Source of the DNA: the human T2T-CHM13v2.0 reference genome, Homo sapiens
DNA length: 64,000 nucleotides
NCBI RefSeq assembly: GCF_009914755.1
Contig: NC_060928.1
Direction: 5' to 3' (one strand)
The position numbers and the translations under genes were made by a program. The notes beneath the pieces were generated by a model that had not been told where the DNA came from, searched no databases, and saw nothing but the letters and a program-made list of their open reading frames with translations. Each line of letters begins with the position of its first letter. Positions within the stretch are counted from its first letter, which is position 1. Shown one piece after another: positions 1-13,758 of this stretch.

Positions 1-316
1 TTTTTTAACCATTCTAGACAATTGGGAAGACTGTTTCCTGGGAGCAACAGATCTGAGCTCCATCTGCACTTAACTTGCAATCCCTCGGCTTTCCCTTAGA
101 CTGACTGCCAATTTCCCACCTTACCGTCTGTCTTGACTTTCAGTGTCTTGTTAAACAATTTCTTTCTCTTTCTCTAGTGCCTGAGACTGGGAAATTACTT
201 TCTTTAATCTAGGCCCTATTTGTACACTTAAGGCCAAAAATTTTGGCGGCATCTGTAGCTCTGAAATTGTTTTCAGTTAGAATTGCTCTGCTGAAATACT
301 GTTTTTGTTTATTTTG

Positions 317-362
317 TATATATATGTATTTGTTGTTTTGTATATATATGTGTGTGTGTGTA
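317..362. repeat. (TA)n/(TG)n simple repeat
   Basis: gtatatatatgtat...tatatatatgtgtgtgtgtgta. Confidence 0.8.
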
Positions 363-634
363 TTTTTTTTAATGTGCTGATAGTCATTTTCTTTGGCCTG
401 ACTTCAGAAATCACTGATTTCTAGACACTGACCTGTCTGTAACTTATGGTTATTCACTTCTTTAAGAGTTAACTGCATTAATTCCCTTATCATGTAGTCA
501 TATGTACTACTTTTCTATCTCCAAATGCAATTAAAAGTGCCCTTCGGGTGTTCCAAGTTTTAATCATTCTCTGTGTGCCGCATTCCCATGGCTCCAAAGG
601 GCTTTCTCTGCCTCCTCTCAGATGGGGCCTTTCT

Positions 635-702
635 CCAAGAAAGAGGAGGCGGAGGGGAAAAGAAGGAGGAGGAGGAGAAGGTGAAGGAGGAGGAAGGGAA
701 AA
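635..702. repeat. GA-rich low-complexity tract
   Basis: gaggaggcggaggggaaaagaaggaggaggaggagaaggtgaaggaggaggaagggaaaa. Confidence 0.75.
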
Positions 703-2289
703 GTAAGACTGAGATCTGACAGCTTTGTTTCAGAGGCCGAATCCTCACCTTCTCTAAAGCACTGTCTCTCCTTTATGGGCCCATGCCAGGGTTCCAGTTC
801 TCAACCCCACGGTGGAGTGGTGTAGCAGCTTCTAAGAACAAGCCAGGCCTGAGCCCAGGAAAACGTTGCTGCGGGATCGGCTTTGTGGCCTTAGGCATTG
901 ATGGATTTGTATGTGTAAAAATGGGGATAATGATACTTATCATTCCATTAGGTGCATATAGTTCCTAATATATATATAGAGGGAACTAATGGTATTATGA
1001 TAATTGTTATTCTGGTGGGTCCTTGGGGACAACGGAGCTGGTTTCTGAATCAGACTCATGTTACAGAGCTCAATGCTGGTCCTTTCCAAACTGCCTGTGA
1101 CACGTGCTCCTCCAGCCTTAGACTAGTGGCCACTTGCCATATGAGCTCGATAAACCTTGAATTGGTCTATATCCCAGTCAATGAGATGAGTCATGCACTC
1201 CCAGTCAATGAGATGAGTCCACTGGTCATGCACTATCAGTCTACCTGACAATGCCGAACAGTTATAGTAGTCTTAAAGTTCTTATTCTCATTTTCTGAAC
1301 TCATGACAGATTGGTACCAGACAGTTTAAAAGCCAGCAGTGACCCATGGGCCACACTTTGAATAGCAGCTTTTATGCTTAAGTCTTTTGAGGATTTATAG
1401 TATCCTGGGCATTGAGTGAGGCATAGGAGATTTTCTGGTGTGGCTTCTGCCTCCTCAGAACGTCAGGGCTTAATGAGGGTTTCTTGCGGCTCTGTCAGAA
1501 TGCATGAATGGTGAATGGTATACCTGGATTCCAGCCTACTGTGACTACCAGTAACTACGGGTCATCTCAGTCTCTGAGCAGGGATTCCTGTTTCATCCTC
1601 AGGCTTGGCTTGCCATTTAGGTGGAAAAGGGGGTTGAATTGTAATGCCTTCTCCTGTCATGTAACCAAGGGAAGTACCCTGGCTGGGAGTCAAAACCTCA
1701 CAAAAATAAGAAACAAAAAACCTCGGCCGGATTCCAAATGCTGACTTCAGCCACACTCATTCTGCTGCAGGCCACTTTATGTCATTCTGATGGAGGTCAT
1801 TTTCCAAAGCGAATTGCCCAATTCTTTTAGGCACTGGACTATACTCCTGTTGCTATCAGCGGAGGCTACATGCAGGGACCAATGTTCTTTAAAGTATAAC
1901 AATAACAACAACGAAAATCTTCATTCACTTGGGAAATTAAAGGCACAGGATCAAAAACCACTACTGTGAAATCTAAATGCTCTCACACTCAGTTGATGAT
2001 ACAGCTTATTTGAAGATTTAGACTTACTTAACAATAACAACAACAAATAGCCTATAGATAGTATCAAAAATATCCCAATGATAATGATTATACATATGTG
2101 ATAACACTTGTACTGGGGAGAGGTGCCAAATACAGGCACATGTTCCAGCTCCCTCAGGCCACACTTCTTGGCAGACATCATCAATCAGTCACTCCTTCTC
2201 TTCTTTCTGATCTTGCCTGCAGCATCAGAATCTCAGCATAGAATTCAAAGCCGCAACCAATGTATGGACTTGGCTTCCTGGAGTAGTAA

Positions 2290-2710
2290 TTTACAGTTTA
2301 GGAAGTGCTTGTCACATGCATTATTATTTTCACCCTCAACCTGTAGTTACTGTGATTCAGAATGGACATAATTATTCACACATGAGAGAACTGGGGTGCT
2401 GAGAAATTAAGGCAACTTGATCAATATAATGTAAAAAATAAATGGCAGCAGTACAAGTTGAGTCCTGATCTGCTGCACTCAGAAAGTACAGGAGGAGACT
2501 GGCATTTATTATGCTTCTTCTGTTTGCCAGGCTCTTTCAAACTGTGGTCCATCTAATCTTCATGCCAAACTTTTGAGACATATTATTCTTTCCAAGTTTC
2601 AGATGAAAAAAATTGGATTCGGGGAGCTTAGGAAACTTGTTCAAGGTTATTGTCGGTAGTAAGGGGAAGCATTAGGATTTGAACCTACATTTTGCTGACT
2701 CCAAAACACA
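2290..2710. mobile_element. Two adjacent degenerate MIR SINE fragments
   Basis: MIR core-like motifs (gagagaactggggtgctgagaaattaaggcaacttg; cagatgaaaaaa...aacttgttcaaggt...ggatttgaacc). Confidence 0.65.
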
Positions 2711-3123
2711 TTTATTTGTCTTCTTCTTATTATTATTCCTATTATTAATGCCTCTGCCATTCAGCCTTCTACTTGCAGAAAACATTGTTAAGAGCAGGAC
2801 ATGACAAAGGTGTTTAGGGGAGTGGTATTAATGACACCAACAATTTGAACATGACTTCCTCGCTCAACATTAGAGAAATGATTAAACACATCATAGCACC
2901 ACACAGGCATATTTGTAGCTATTTTATGGTTAATGATGACTATGCAGAAACATGCAAGTGTTTACTAAATAACATTAAGAAATTGTACGTAACCTGATTG
3001 CATTTGTGCAGAAATTATGCATCTGAATGGATAAAGAGGAAGAGAACACACAAAGAAAATATCTTTTGGCTGAGATACAGGATAAGATGTTTTAAAGTCA
3101 TGTAAAACATAATGCTTAAAAAA

Positions 3124-6100
3124 AATAACACCCCACTTTCAGCATTGGACCACTCTTCCAGACAGAGAGTCAGTAAGGAAACATTGAACTTAATCTGCAC
3201 TAGAGACCAAATGGACCTAATAGATATTTACAGACCATTCCATCCAAAGGCTGTAGAATGCACATTCTTTTCCTTGGCACATGGATGATTCTCAAGGATT
3301 GGCCATACGTTAGGTCACAAAACAAGTATTAAAACATTCAAAAAAATTGAAATAATATGAAGCACCTTTTCTGACCACAGTGGAATAAAACTGGAAATCA
3401 ATCACAAGAGGAATTTTGGAAACTATACAAATACATGAAAATGAGACGATATGCTCCTGAATGACCAGTGGATCAATGAGGGAATTAAGAAGGAAATTGA
3501 AACTTTTTATTTTTTTGAGACGGAGTCTCGCTCTGTTGCCTAGGCTGGAATGCAGCGGCACAATCTCAGCTCACTGCAACCTCCGCCTCCTGGGTTCAAG
3601 CAATTCTCTGCCTCAGTCTCCCAAGTAGCTGGGATTACAGGCACCTGCCATCACGCCTGGCTATATTTTGTATTTTTTTAAATAGAGATGGGGTTTCACC
3701 ATCTTGGACAGGCTGGTCTTGAACTCTTGACCTCGTGATTTCCACCTGCTTCGGCCTCCCAAAGTGCTGAGATTACAGGCGTGAGCCAGAAACATCTTTT
3801 AAAACAAATGATAATAGAAACATAACATACAAAACCTATGGATACAACAAAAGCAGTACTAAGAGGGAAGTTTATACCTGAAAGTGCCCACATCAACGAA
3901 GAACAACTTCAAATAAACAACCTAACAATGCATCTTAAAGTACTAGAAAAACGAGAGCAAACCAAATCCAAAATTTCTAGAAGAAATAACAAAGATCAGA
4001 GCAGGAATCAATGAAATTAAAATGAAGAAAACAATGCAAAAGATGAAGGAAATGAAGGTTGGTTTTTTTGAAAAGTTAAACAAATTAGAAAAACCTTGAG
4101 CCAGATTTTAAAAAAAAAAGACAGTAGAACCAAATAAATAAAATCATAGTTGAAAAAGGAGACATTACAACTAATACTACAGAAATTTAAAAGGTCCTTA
4201 ATAGCTACTATGAGCAAGTATGCCAATAAATTGGAAAATCTAGAAGAAAGGGACAAATTCCCAGACACAGGCAACCTACCAAGATTGAAACATGAAGAAA
4301 TCCAAAACCTGAACACCTCAACAATGAGTAACAAGATTGAAGCTATAATAAAAAGGCTTTCAGCAAAGAAAAGCCCAGGAGCTGGTGGCTTTACTGCTGA
4401 ATTTTACCAAACATTTAAAGAATTAATACCAATCCTACTGAAACTATTCCAACAAATAGAGGAGGAGGGACTACTTTCAAACTCATTCTCAGAGGCCAGT
4501 ATTACCCTGATCCCAAAACCAGACAAAGACACATCATAAAAAGAGAAAACTACAGGCCAATATCACTGATAAATATTGATGCAAAAATCCTCAATAAAAT
4601 ACTATCAAGCCAAACTCAACAGCACATTAAAAAGATCATTTGTCATGACCAAGTGGTAGTTATCTCAGGGATGCAAGAATAGTTCAACGTATGCAAATCA
4701 ATCAATATGATACATCATATCAACAGAATGAAGGACGAAAGCCATACGATCATTTCAATTGATGCTGAAAAAGCATTTGATAAAACTCAACATCTCTTTA
4801 TAACAAAAACCCTAAAATACTGGGTATGGAGGAACATGCTTCCACATAATAAAATCCATACATGACAGACCTACAGCTGGTATCATACTGAATGGGGAAA
4901 AGTTTTAGTCTTTTCTTTAAGATATGGAACATGACAAGGATGCCCACTATTATCACTGTTATTCAACATAGTACGGGAAGTCCTAGCTAGAGTAATCAAA
5001 CAAGAGAAAGAAATAAAGGGCATCCAAACTGGAAAGAAAAAAGTCAAATTATCCTTGTTTGTCAATAACATCTTATATTTGGAAAAACTTAAAGACTCCA
5101 CCAAAAAACTATTAGAACTGATAAACAAATTCAGTAAAGTTGCGCAATACAAAATCAATATAAAAGTCAGTCCCACTTTTCTATGCCAACAGTGAACAAA
5201 CTGAAAAGGAAACCAAGAAAGTAATCCCAATTACAATAGCTACAAATTAAATAAAATACCTAGGAATTAACCAAGTAAGTGAAAGATCTCTAAAATGAAA
5301 ACTACAATGTATTGACGAAAGAAATTGAAGAGGATATACAAAAATGGAAAGATATTCCATTTTCACTGATTGAAAGAATCAATATTGTTACAATGTCCAT
5401 ACTACCCAAAGCAATCTATAGATTTAATGCAATCCCTATCAAAATACCAATGACATTCTTCACAAAAACACAGAAAACAATCCTAAAATTTATATGGAAC
5501 CACAAAACACCCAGAATAGCCAAAGTTATCCTGAACAAAAGGAGCAAAACAGGAGGAATCACATTATCTGACTTACACTACAGAGATATAGTAACTAAAA
5601 CAGCATGGTACTGTCATAAAAACAGAGACATAAACCAGTGGAACAGAATAGAGAACATACAAATAAATCCATAGTCTACAGTAAACTCATTTTCAAAAAA
5701 AGTTCCAAGAACATACATTCAGGAAAGTACAGCCTATTCAATACATAGTACTGGGAAAACTGGATATCCATATGCAGAAGAATGAAATTAGACCCCTATT
5801 TCTCACCATATACAAAAATCAAATAAAAATGGATTATAAAATTAAATTTAAGCTCTCAAACTATGAAACTACTAAAAGAAAACAATGGGGAAACTCTCCA
5901 CGACTTTGGACTGAGCAAAGACTTCTTGACCAATACCCCACAGGCACCCCAAAAATGGACAAAAGAGGTCACATCAAGTTAAAAACTTTCTGCACAGCAA
6001 AGGAAACAATCAACAAAGTGAAGAGACAATCCACAGAGTGGGAGAAAATAGTTGCAAGCTACCCATTTGACAAGGAATTAATAACCATAATACACGAGAA

Positions 6101-7095
6101 GATCAAAAAACTCTACAGGAAAAGATCTGATAATCTGATTAAAAATAGGCAAAAGATCTTAATAGACATTTCACAAAAAGAGACATACAAATGGCAAACA
6201 GGTATATGAAAAGGTGCTCAACATCACTGATCATCAGAGAAATGCAAATCAAAACTATAATGAAATATCATCTCATCCCAGTCAAAATGGTTTTTAGCCA
6301 AAAGACAGTCAATAACAAATGCTGGTGAGGATGTGGAGAAAGGGAACTTTTGCACACTATAGGTAGGAATGTAAATTAGTGCAACCACTATGGAGAATAG
6401 TTTGGAGGTTCTTCAAAAAACTAAATATAGTATAATCCAGCAATCCAACTCCATTCCTAAGTACCCAAAAGAAAGGAAATCAGTATGTCAAAGAGATAGC
6501 TGCACTCCTGTGTTTATTGCAGCACTATTAACAATAGCCAAGATTTTGGAGCAACTTAACTGTCAACAGACAAATGAATAAAGAAAATATGGCACATATA
6601 CACAATGGAGTACTATTCAGTCATATAAAAGATGAGATTCTGTCATTTACAACAAAATGGATGGAACTGAAGGTCATTATATTAAGTGAAATAAGCCAGG
6701 CACAGAAAGACAGATATTGCATGTTCTCATTTATCTGTGGGAGCTAAAAATTAAAACAAATGAACTGGAGATAGAGAGTGGGGATGGTCACCACAGATTG
6801 GGAAGGGTCAGGGTGGCGGAAAAGGAGGATGGTTAATTGGTGCCCAAACAGAGTTAGAAAGAATTTTAAAAATCTAGCACAACAGGGTGACTACAGTAAA
6901 AAAATAATTTAATTGTTCTTTTTAAAATAATTAAAAGAATATGGATTGTTTGAAACACAAAAGATAAATGCTTGAGGTGATGGATGCCGTATTTACCTTG
7001 ATGTGATTATGATGCATTACATGCCTGTATCAAAATACCTCATGTAACTTATAAATATATACACCTACTATGTACCCTGAAAATTTTAAAATTTT
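3124..7095 (+). mobile_element. 5'-truncated L1 (L1MA-type 3' end), ORF2 remnant plus 3' UTR, inactive
   Basis: ORF2 fragments ([28 protein letters not shown]; [16 protein letters not shown]) broken by stops and frameshifts; L1MA-like tail gataaatgcttgaggtgatgg...tatatacacctactatgtaccc. Confidence 0.93.
3504..3788 (-). mobile_element. AluS (Sc/Sg-like) inserted in the L1MA
   Basis: Poly-T then gagacggagtctcgctctgttgcc...gacctcgtgat...gattacaggcgtgagcca; the first ~12 nt of the Alu are missing. Confidence 0.95.
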
Positions 7096-7549
7096 AACAA
7101 AACACAAAAGAAGCATTTGTAACCTAGCATTAAGAAAATGTGGCCAAAGGAAATAGAAAAAGATAATCATTCATTAAAAAATCTGTTTTCAATATTTAGA
7201 AGAACGCATTTCCAGTATAATGAAAATACCATAATGACATTTAGAGTAAGGATTAAATACTGATTTAGAGCAAGTAGAAGAAATAATATTAGAATAAAAA
7301 TTTAACATCGGGAGCTCTGAGTATTTAAGTGGGAATCTGCACCCTAGAGAGATGTGAGGGCCTCATACCATGTTGCCTTTTATTTTCTCAATGCATTCAA
7401 CTCTTTTGTTCCTCAGATTTCATGGTGAAGTTCTAGGTAGTGATTTTAGAAATGAATCACATGTTTTTTTCTAGATGCTGTAGGGCAAATGAATTCAACT
7501 GAGTTTTATTTGTGTGGTTCTTATTGTTGTCATTTGAAATTTTGCCTTC

Positions 7550-8040
7550 CATTTACCAAACCATCCATCTGCCAAGCATACACTCAAGAGATATCTACTG
7601 GGTACTTACGTGTCTTCACATTGCTCAGAGTCTAGTTCAGGAGACAAACGAGTGGGGAGACAATTCTTATATGGGACCTGCCAAGAGTTAATCCTGAGAC
7701 TGTGCACAGAACTCCCAGAGCACTGGGGAGAGGCTCCTACCCCAGCTGAGAGTCAGAGAGATATTCTCACAGGAGTTGATAGATGAAGGAATCCTGAAGG
7801 ATGAGGAGGATTTAGCCTGGGAAAATTGGATGATGAGAGAAGGGTAGCAACAGCGTTCCAGGCAGTGGCAGTGAGTCATGCTGTGCAAAGGCATGGAGGC
7901 AAGAGAGCATGACCAATTTGGATTAACTGTAGGTGGTTCGTGTGGTCAAGGATGGAGTACTAGCTGGGGAAGGGGCATGGAATGAGGCTGGGAGGCAGCA
8001 GAGGCAGGATCACAGAGGGCTTTGTGTACAAATGAAAGAA
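7550..8040 (-). mobile_element. L2 fragment
   Basis: Degenerate L2 3' region motifs (tactgggtacttacgtgt; gcaaaggcatggaggcaagagagcatg; gatcacagagggctttg). Confidence 0.65.
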
Positions 8041-8959
8041 GGTGTGGTGAAGCAGAGCAATTGATTAATACACTGAAAAATTCAGGTCAAATTTAAGTAA
8101 ACAAGTAAACAAGTCAAATTTAAGCCCCCTGCTGAGACTGAGAGGATCATGATATCCTTAGGAAAATTAGGAGAGGATAAAAATTCTGGAATGACCTGAA
8201 GTCCCCAGATGAGACTGACAATATGAACTGGAAGCAGACTTACTTGTAACAGTATCTTAAATTCCTTTAAAAAAGAGAATGTGCCTTAGGCATTCTTGTA
8301 AACATCCCACTCCATCCTTTTTGTGACTAAAATATAGTAAGTAGATGCCACCAAATTCTTGGTTAGCTAATTGATGTGAAATTTATGAATGAAAGCAGAC
8401 TACCCCAAATCATCAGAGATGTAGACAACTGTATAAAGCAATGCCATTCCTACTGTTTCTTGCATTCTGTTCAGTGAATGCAAGGAATGCCTACTCTATT
8501 GTTACAGGAGATAAATGAACATGAAAATGGCACATTTTACTCAATGCCAGCCTGGAAGTTTGTGGCAGCTTGCTTTAAATGTGTAAGGATATGATTTCTG
8601 CATTGTCCACCCCTCTTTTCTTTATATTGTTGGAGATAAAATAGACATCAATTACTTCTCCAATTTTAAAATCTTATTCTTTAAAGCTATTTAAAGAAAA
8701 CATGGTTGTTGCATACAGTAAACATTCACATGCAAGAATTTCATATTAGAAATTTGAAATGATGGCAATTTCAAACTGAGTTAGAAGAAGCTTTCATTTT
8801 GATGAAATGAAAGCGAAGAATTAAGGGAGAAGGATCAACTCCCGTGTGTTTTGACCCATGGAGTCCTTCTCATGAGCTCTGCATACAGGGGAATTCAATG
8901 AAAGATTCTGATGTGCTCTACCCAGAAAAGAGGACCAGAAGCATTTACAAAGGTACTTT

Positions 8960-9150
8960 GGTGAATGAGTAATGAAAGCTCTGCGTGCATTTATCCTACT
9001 AGAACCTAGCGAGAGAGATGGCGTAGCCCATTTCACAGATGAGAAAATGAAGGCTCAGAGAGGTCAAGCAACTTGCCCAGGGTCACACAGCTAGTAAGAA
9101 GATGATGTTCTCAGATACATACTGTTTAACTTACTCCCAAGCCCATGTCA
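8960..9150 (-). mobile_element. MIR
   Basis: cccatttcacagatgagaaaatgaaggctcagagaggtcaagcaacttgcccagggtcacacagctagtaag is the MIR core. Confidence 0.85.
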
Positions 9151-9499
9151 CAGTGAGAGGATGCTTGTCTTGACCATGCTGTTACTGGAAAAAAAAAATC
9201 TTTTGAATTATATCACTCAGCCAGGGTGTATTGTTTTGGCTCAAAACACCTACTTTTGTTGGTACCTAAAACAAACTTGAAACTTATATTTTAACTATGT
9301 GAAACTTCCTAGAGCTCCCCAAGTCACTAACACTCTCCATCCTTCTCTGACCCCTCTCACAGTGACCCTCTCTTTGGACTGTCCTCTGCCTTGTCTGCCT
9401 GATGATCACCTACTCAACTTTTAGAATCAATCCAAGGGCCATCTTCTCTATGAAGACTTTGCAGCCTCCTTCTCCTGTCTTCTAACAACCTCTCTGTCT

Positions 9500-9885
9500 T
9501 TTGTGCCTGGAATCAGATCATGGGTCCAGATCCCTGAACTGCCACTTACCAGTTCTGTGACCTTGGGAAGTTACTTCTCTGTGCCTCAGTTTTCTCTCCT
9601 GCAAAATAGGACTAAAAATAGTTCTTACCCCATATGGATGCTGTGAGTATTTAAAGAAAAAAAAAAGAAAGACGAAGGAAAGAAGAAAGAAAGAAAGAAA
9701 GGAAGGGAGGGAGGGAAATAAAAGAAAGAAGGAAGGAAGGAAGGGAAGGAAGGGAAGGAAGGGAAGGAAGGAAGGAAGGAAGGAAGGAAGGAAGGAAGGA
9801 AGGAAAAGAAAGTAAGTCCCTGCAAAGCATATAGCAGCAATGCCTGGCACATAGTAAGTGCCCCAGAAATGTTAGCTAGTGCTAT
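9500..9885 (+). mobile_element. MIR interrupted by a purine microsatellite
   Basis: gccacttaccagttctgtgaccttgggaagttacttctctgtgcctcagttttctc...tgcctggcacatagtaagtg. Confidence 0.85.
9653..9812. repeat. Polypurine (GAAA)n/(GGGA)n/(GGAA)n compound microsatellite
   Basis: 11 uninterrupted GGAA units at 9762-9805, preceded by interrupted GGAA and GAAA runs. Confidence 0.95.
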
Positions 9886-12134
9886 GTTTCTCACTGCACC
9901 TGGGAGCAATTTCTCTCCAAGAGTGTATTTGTTTTTCTTTCTTACATTCTAGGCAGTGATCACCTTGAGGGCATAAACCTGGCACAAAGAAAGTGTGTCA
10001 GAAATGCTTGTGAAATGAACAATGAATAAATGGGCAAACAGGATCTGGTGGGAACTGACAAGGCTCCACAGCCAGGTCTCATTGACCCGGATGGCCCAAT
10101 GCGCACTAAACTGCACTGCCTTCTCATGGTTGCTGAATTGGATCCCTTCATAAAATGCCAGGCGGACAACAGGACTTCTGCTTCCCAACAAACAAGGCAA
10201 AGGACACATTTCCGAGTTCCTGGCTTGCTTCTCCCATTCTAGTGCTCAAGTTCCAGCACCAGAGAGTGCTGCTTACTGAAAGGTGCCATCTCCCCATGTC
10301 ATGGAACAGTTTTCCCCAGAACACTGAGGACATGCTTCGTGAAACCCACCACCCGGTATCGGAATACCCAACAGCAACAAAATAATGACTTCCCCATCCT
10401 GCAGGTCCCTTCCCAGCTCTGGCTTGGATAACTGCTGCAGGGACACTCAGTCAGCAAGCCACAGCCCCCTCTAGAGGTCACAGAGGCAGCCTGTAGAGGA
10501 AGTGAGACCGCACTGTGACAGGGCGCCATCTCTGCAGGCTCAGCGGCTTCCAGCCACAGCTCCACTGGGACCACCGAGTCAGCCATCATCGTACCTCTTA
10601 GCTCGGGGCACCTCTAACCTTGTCATGCTGGGATGCGACAGGAGGGAACGACAAGAGGGAACAGCAGGTGATTTGATAACCCAAATCAAATGACAATAGT
10701 TGTTCTTGTTGTTGCTTCAAAAGCACCAGGTCACCAGAGCCCCCTCCAAAGTGCTGCTGGCCAGCGTCTGTGTTCAGCCCCATCATCTGCATTCACAATG
10801 TCCACAGCTCGGCCATCCTCAGGGTCTCGCCTGCTCCTCCCTCCAACGGTGAGAGCTGCCTTCGGTCAGCTCTGTGTATTTCCTGACTGCAGGTCTCCGT
10901 GAGAATGATTAGAATTTCATTGGAATAAATGAACTTGTTTTGACGAAGCTAGATGGCTGTAATTGCCTACTTTCTGCTCTGCTTAATTTTGTTACGTTAG
11001 ACACTGCATATTGAAATTTCAATGGCTGGAGCCTTTAAAATCTCTATCCATCCTTTCCAAAACAGGACGCATCAGTTTTTAAAGTTCTTCAACTGCATAG
11101 AAGGCTTTGGATTCATATTTACCAAAGTATCCATCTGACCTCTTTTTCTGATACTGGGAGTGGCATTGAAGCTTCTTGTTACCTTATTTGCACAATACTT
11201 CAGTTGACCTTCTGGGGCTTGAGACAAAGGCCAGGCTCCTCAGATGGACGTGGAGGCTTCAGATCTTAAGGCAACTTTATACATGAATGTATTTTGTGAC
11301 TGCTCCGCTGTCTTAAAAAAATTAGATGATAAGGCTACTAGAAGAATCTTAAATCCCAGTTCTAAATGGAAGAAATGACCTTTGTCTGTCATTCTCAGTG
11401 ACCTACCCCATATGGATAACCACACGGAAGCCCATGTTCACTGCTTTTGGGCAATGAGTTTGAGATCCGCTCAGCCATGACCTGTCAAGCGGCCCACGTC
11501 AGCCCGAAGGATTTGTGACTAGGAGGCATGGCTTCTACACTGAGCTGCTCCTTAAGACCTGAGGATCATTCCCTGGGCTATCTCTGGCTTTGCATCTCCC
11601 TCTATTTCAGCACGCTTCGCTGGAACCACAGCTGACCACATCCCACCAGCCTGTGACTACCAACTGAGGACAGAGGCCATTGCTCCACCATGAAGCCCAG
11701 CAACTGGAAAACTGCCAGGAGTAATGAGTGAGTGAAAAAGAATGGAACGAAGGCAGGGAAGGTAAATAGCTACTGAATCACGACGCACAAGTCAGGAAAT
11801 AAAGTAGCATTAGACACCCCCAGAGTGAGAGTAGAGAGTCGGCGCTGTGTTTCTCTACGTGGCTCCAGCACATCAAACAATGATGGGTACACAGAAGGTC
11901 TCAATACATGATGAGACTGAACACAAATGAGGCACTTTCTGTCCCCAGGCCCTGTGCTAAGCCCTTTACATGGATTTTCTGACCCAGTCCTGGAACTAAA
12001 CCCTACAAGGAGCTGATATTATTTTTGGCAAAGTGAATGAAGGCTTACTGATAGATGCTGACTGTCTAGCAAAGGCAAGAAAGATATGACCCAATTCCTA
12101 TCCATATCATCAGTCTCCCGTGCTCACTAGCAAG

Positions 12135-12375
12135 AGAGCAGCATTCTGCAGTGAAGCGCATGGATTCTTGGGTCAGGCTGCCTGAGTTCAAGTCCCAGTT
12201 CTGCCACTTGTGTGTAAAGCTGGGCAACTTACTCCACCTACTGAAACCCTCGGTGCCTCACTTTGCTACAGGGATGGTAATGGGGCACAGGGTCCATTAT
12301 GAGACTACTTCAGTCACAAGATACATGGCAAAGAACCTGACATGCAGCAAGCACGGTGTTCGTGTGGTAACCTCG
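12135..12375 (+). mobile_element. MIR
   Basis: ctgcctgagttcaagtcccagttctgccacttgtgtgtaaagctgggcaacttactccacctactgaaaccctcggtgcctcac. Confidence 0.75.
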
Positions 12376-13674
12376 AAACACTACTCCCTACTGCCCAAAC
12401 CCATACATGATTTCCTTGCTATCATTGTCAGGAGACGGGTAGTGCCTTCTTTCCCTTTTACAGGTCTGACCTCAGTCTTCATGGGCCACAGGATGTGGGG
12501 TACCTGGTGGGCCTTGACCACAAGGTGAAAGTCAACCATTTACAGATGACAATAAGAGGAGTGGGGAGAAGCAGGAAGGAAATTTGATGTTTATTAATCT
12601 GTGTTAAATGCAGCTAAAAGATGTAACTAAGAATCTGTCCAAGATCTTGCTATAGGGTGAGTGACCAAGTCTAGGATAGACTTCAAAGTCCCAGCTTCCT
12701 ATGTGGGGTCAGCTGAGGACACACAGTGTGGGACTTCTTTATCTGCAGGAGGAAGAGCATCTTCCCTGTTTTAAGCGAAAACTCTCCTGTTCCCTGACAA
12801 GACGATATGCCCAGCAGTACAGAGCAGCCTTCTGGATTGTGGAGAGAACAACTTCATAGACCATCACGCCCCAGGCCACCCACCCGCACTATGTCAGTTG
12901 CTCCGCAAGAGAGCCATTCTGACTGCGGAGACCAGAGGTTTGTGAAGATGTAGCCCCAGCTACCCTGGCTGGGAGCACCCGCCGTCCACCCACACTCCTG
13001 GGCTGACTTTGGTTTCCCTCTGAGCAGAGACCAGTGGGCTCTTTAGTGGTTCAGGGCCACCACAATGGCAGGGGTGTTAGGATGGGCGGGTGGGGAGCAC
13101 AGCTGATTCTGCCTCTTGTCAGGCCTGGATTTGGCTCTGGGGAATCTAAGCTGTAGAGAGGAAGAATCTCCTTCTTTTACCCACCACCAAATCTGTTACA
13201 TGTTGTGCAGAGAGTGCTTATGAAGCCTTAGAAATATCTGTGTTTCAGCACGGGATTGGATTTCTTCAGGAGACTCTATGGGGCAGTATATTGATTCTCC
13301 TAAGGGGTGACCAGTGCCTGGGTGGAGGCACTGGGGTAATGAACTCACCAATAACCCATTTGAACTTGAGACAACCACAAGGGAAGCAGCCACAAAGCAT
13401 TTTGCAACAATGGGACATTGCTAGCCTTTGAATAATTAATTCCAAGAGACATACAGATATAGGACTCAACCCTGACAAATTCCAGGTTTGATGCTTTGTT
13501 AATTAAACCCTGTCCTCCATTGAAAACACACACACACACACATACATCTGGTACAGAACATAGACACTGCTATATCACCAGTACCTCATTTTAACTTCTT
13601 GGTTCAGGATGCATATAAACCTCTGGAGTACTTTTCAAACTCACCAAAAAATAAAATCATTCGATTGATCTTAC

Positions 13675-13758
13675 CCTGAGGTAGTTGAGGGTGAAGTTTG
13701 TTAGCCCCATCCTGGTGATGTTTTTGGACAGCTGATCCAGGACCTGAGGATCTTGTGC
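13675..13758 (-). CDS. LDB2: LDB2 coding exon (probably exon 5), 84 nt, start of the LDB/Chip conserved domain
   Basis: Read by hand (not the frame shown in the ORF track): AQDPQVLDQLSKNITRMGLTNFTLNYLR; acceptor ttttttttccatttag|GCA, donor AGG|gtaaga; phase 0/0. Confidence 0.97.

Noticed and set aside
9518-9909. ORFs rich in F/L/P/S
   Set aside because: Translations of the (TTCC)n microsatellite and flanking MIR.
9949-10902. Dense overlapping short ORFs on both strands
   Set aside because: Expected in a moderately GC-rich stretch; no recognisable domain or consistent exon structure.
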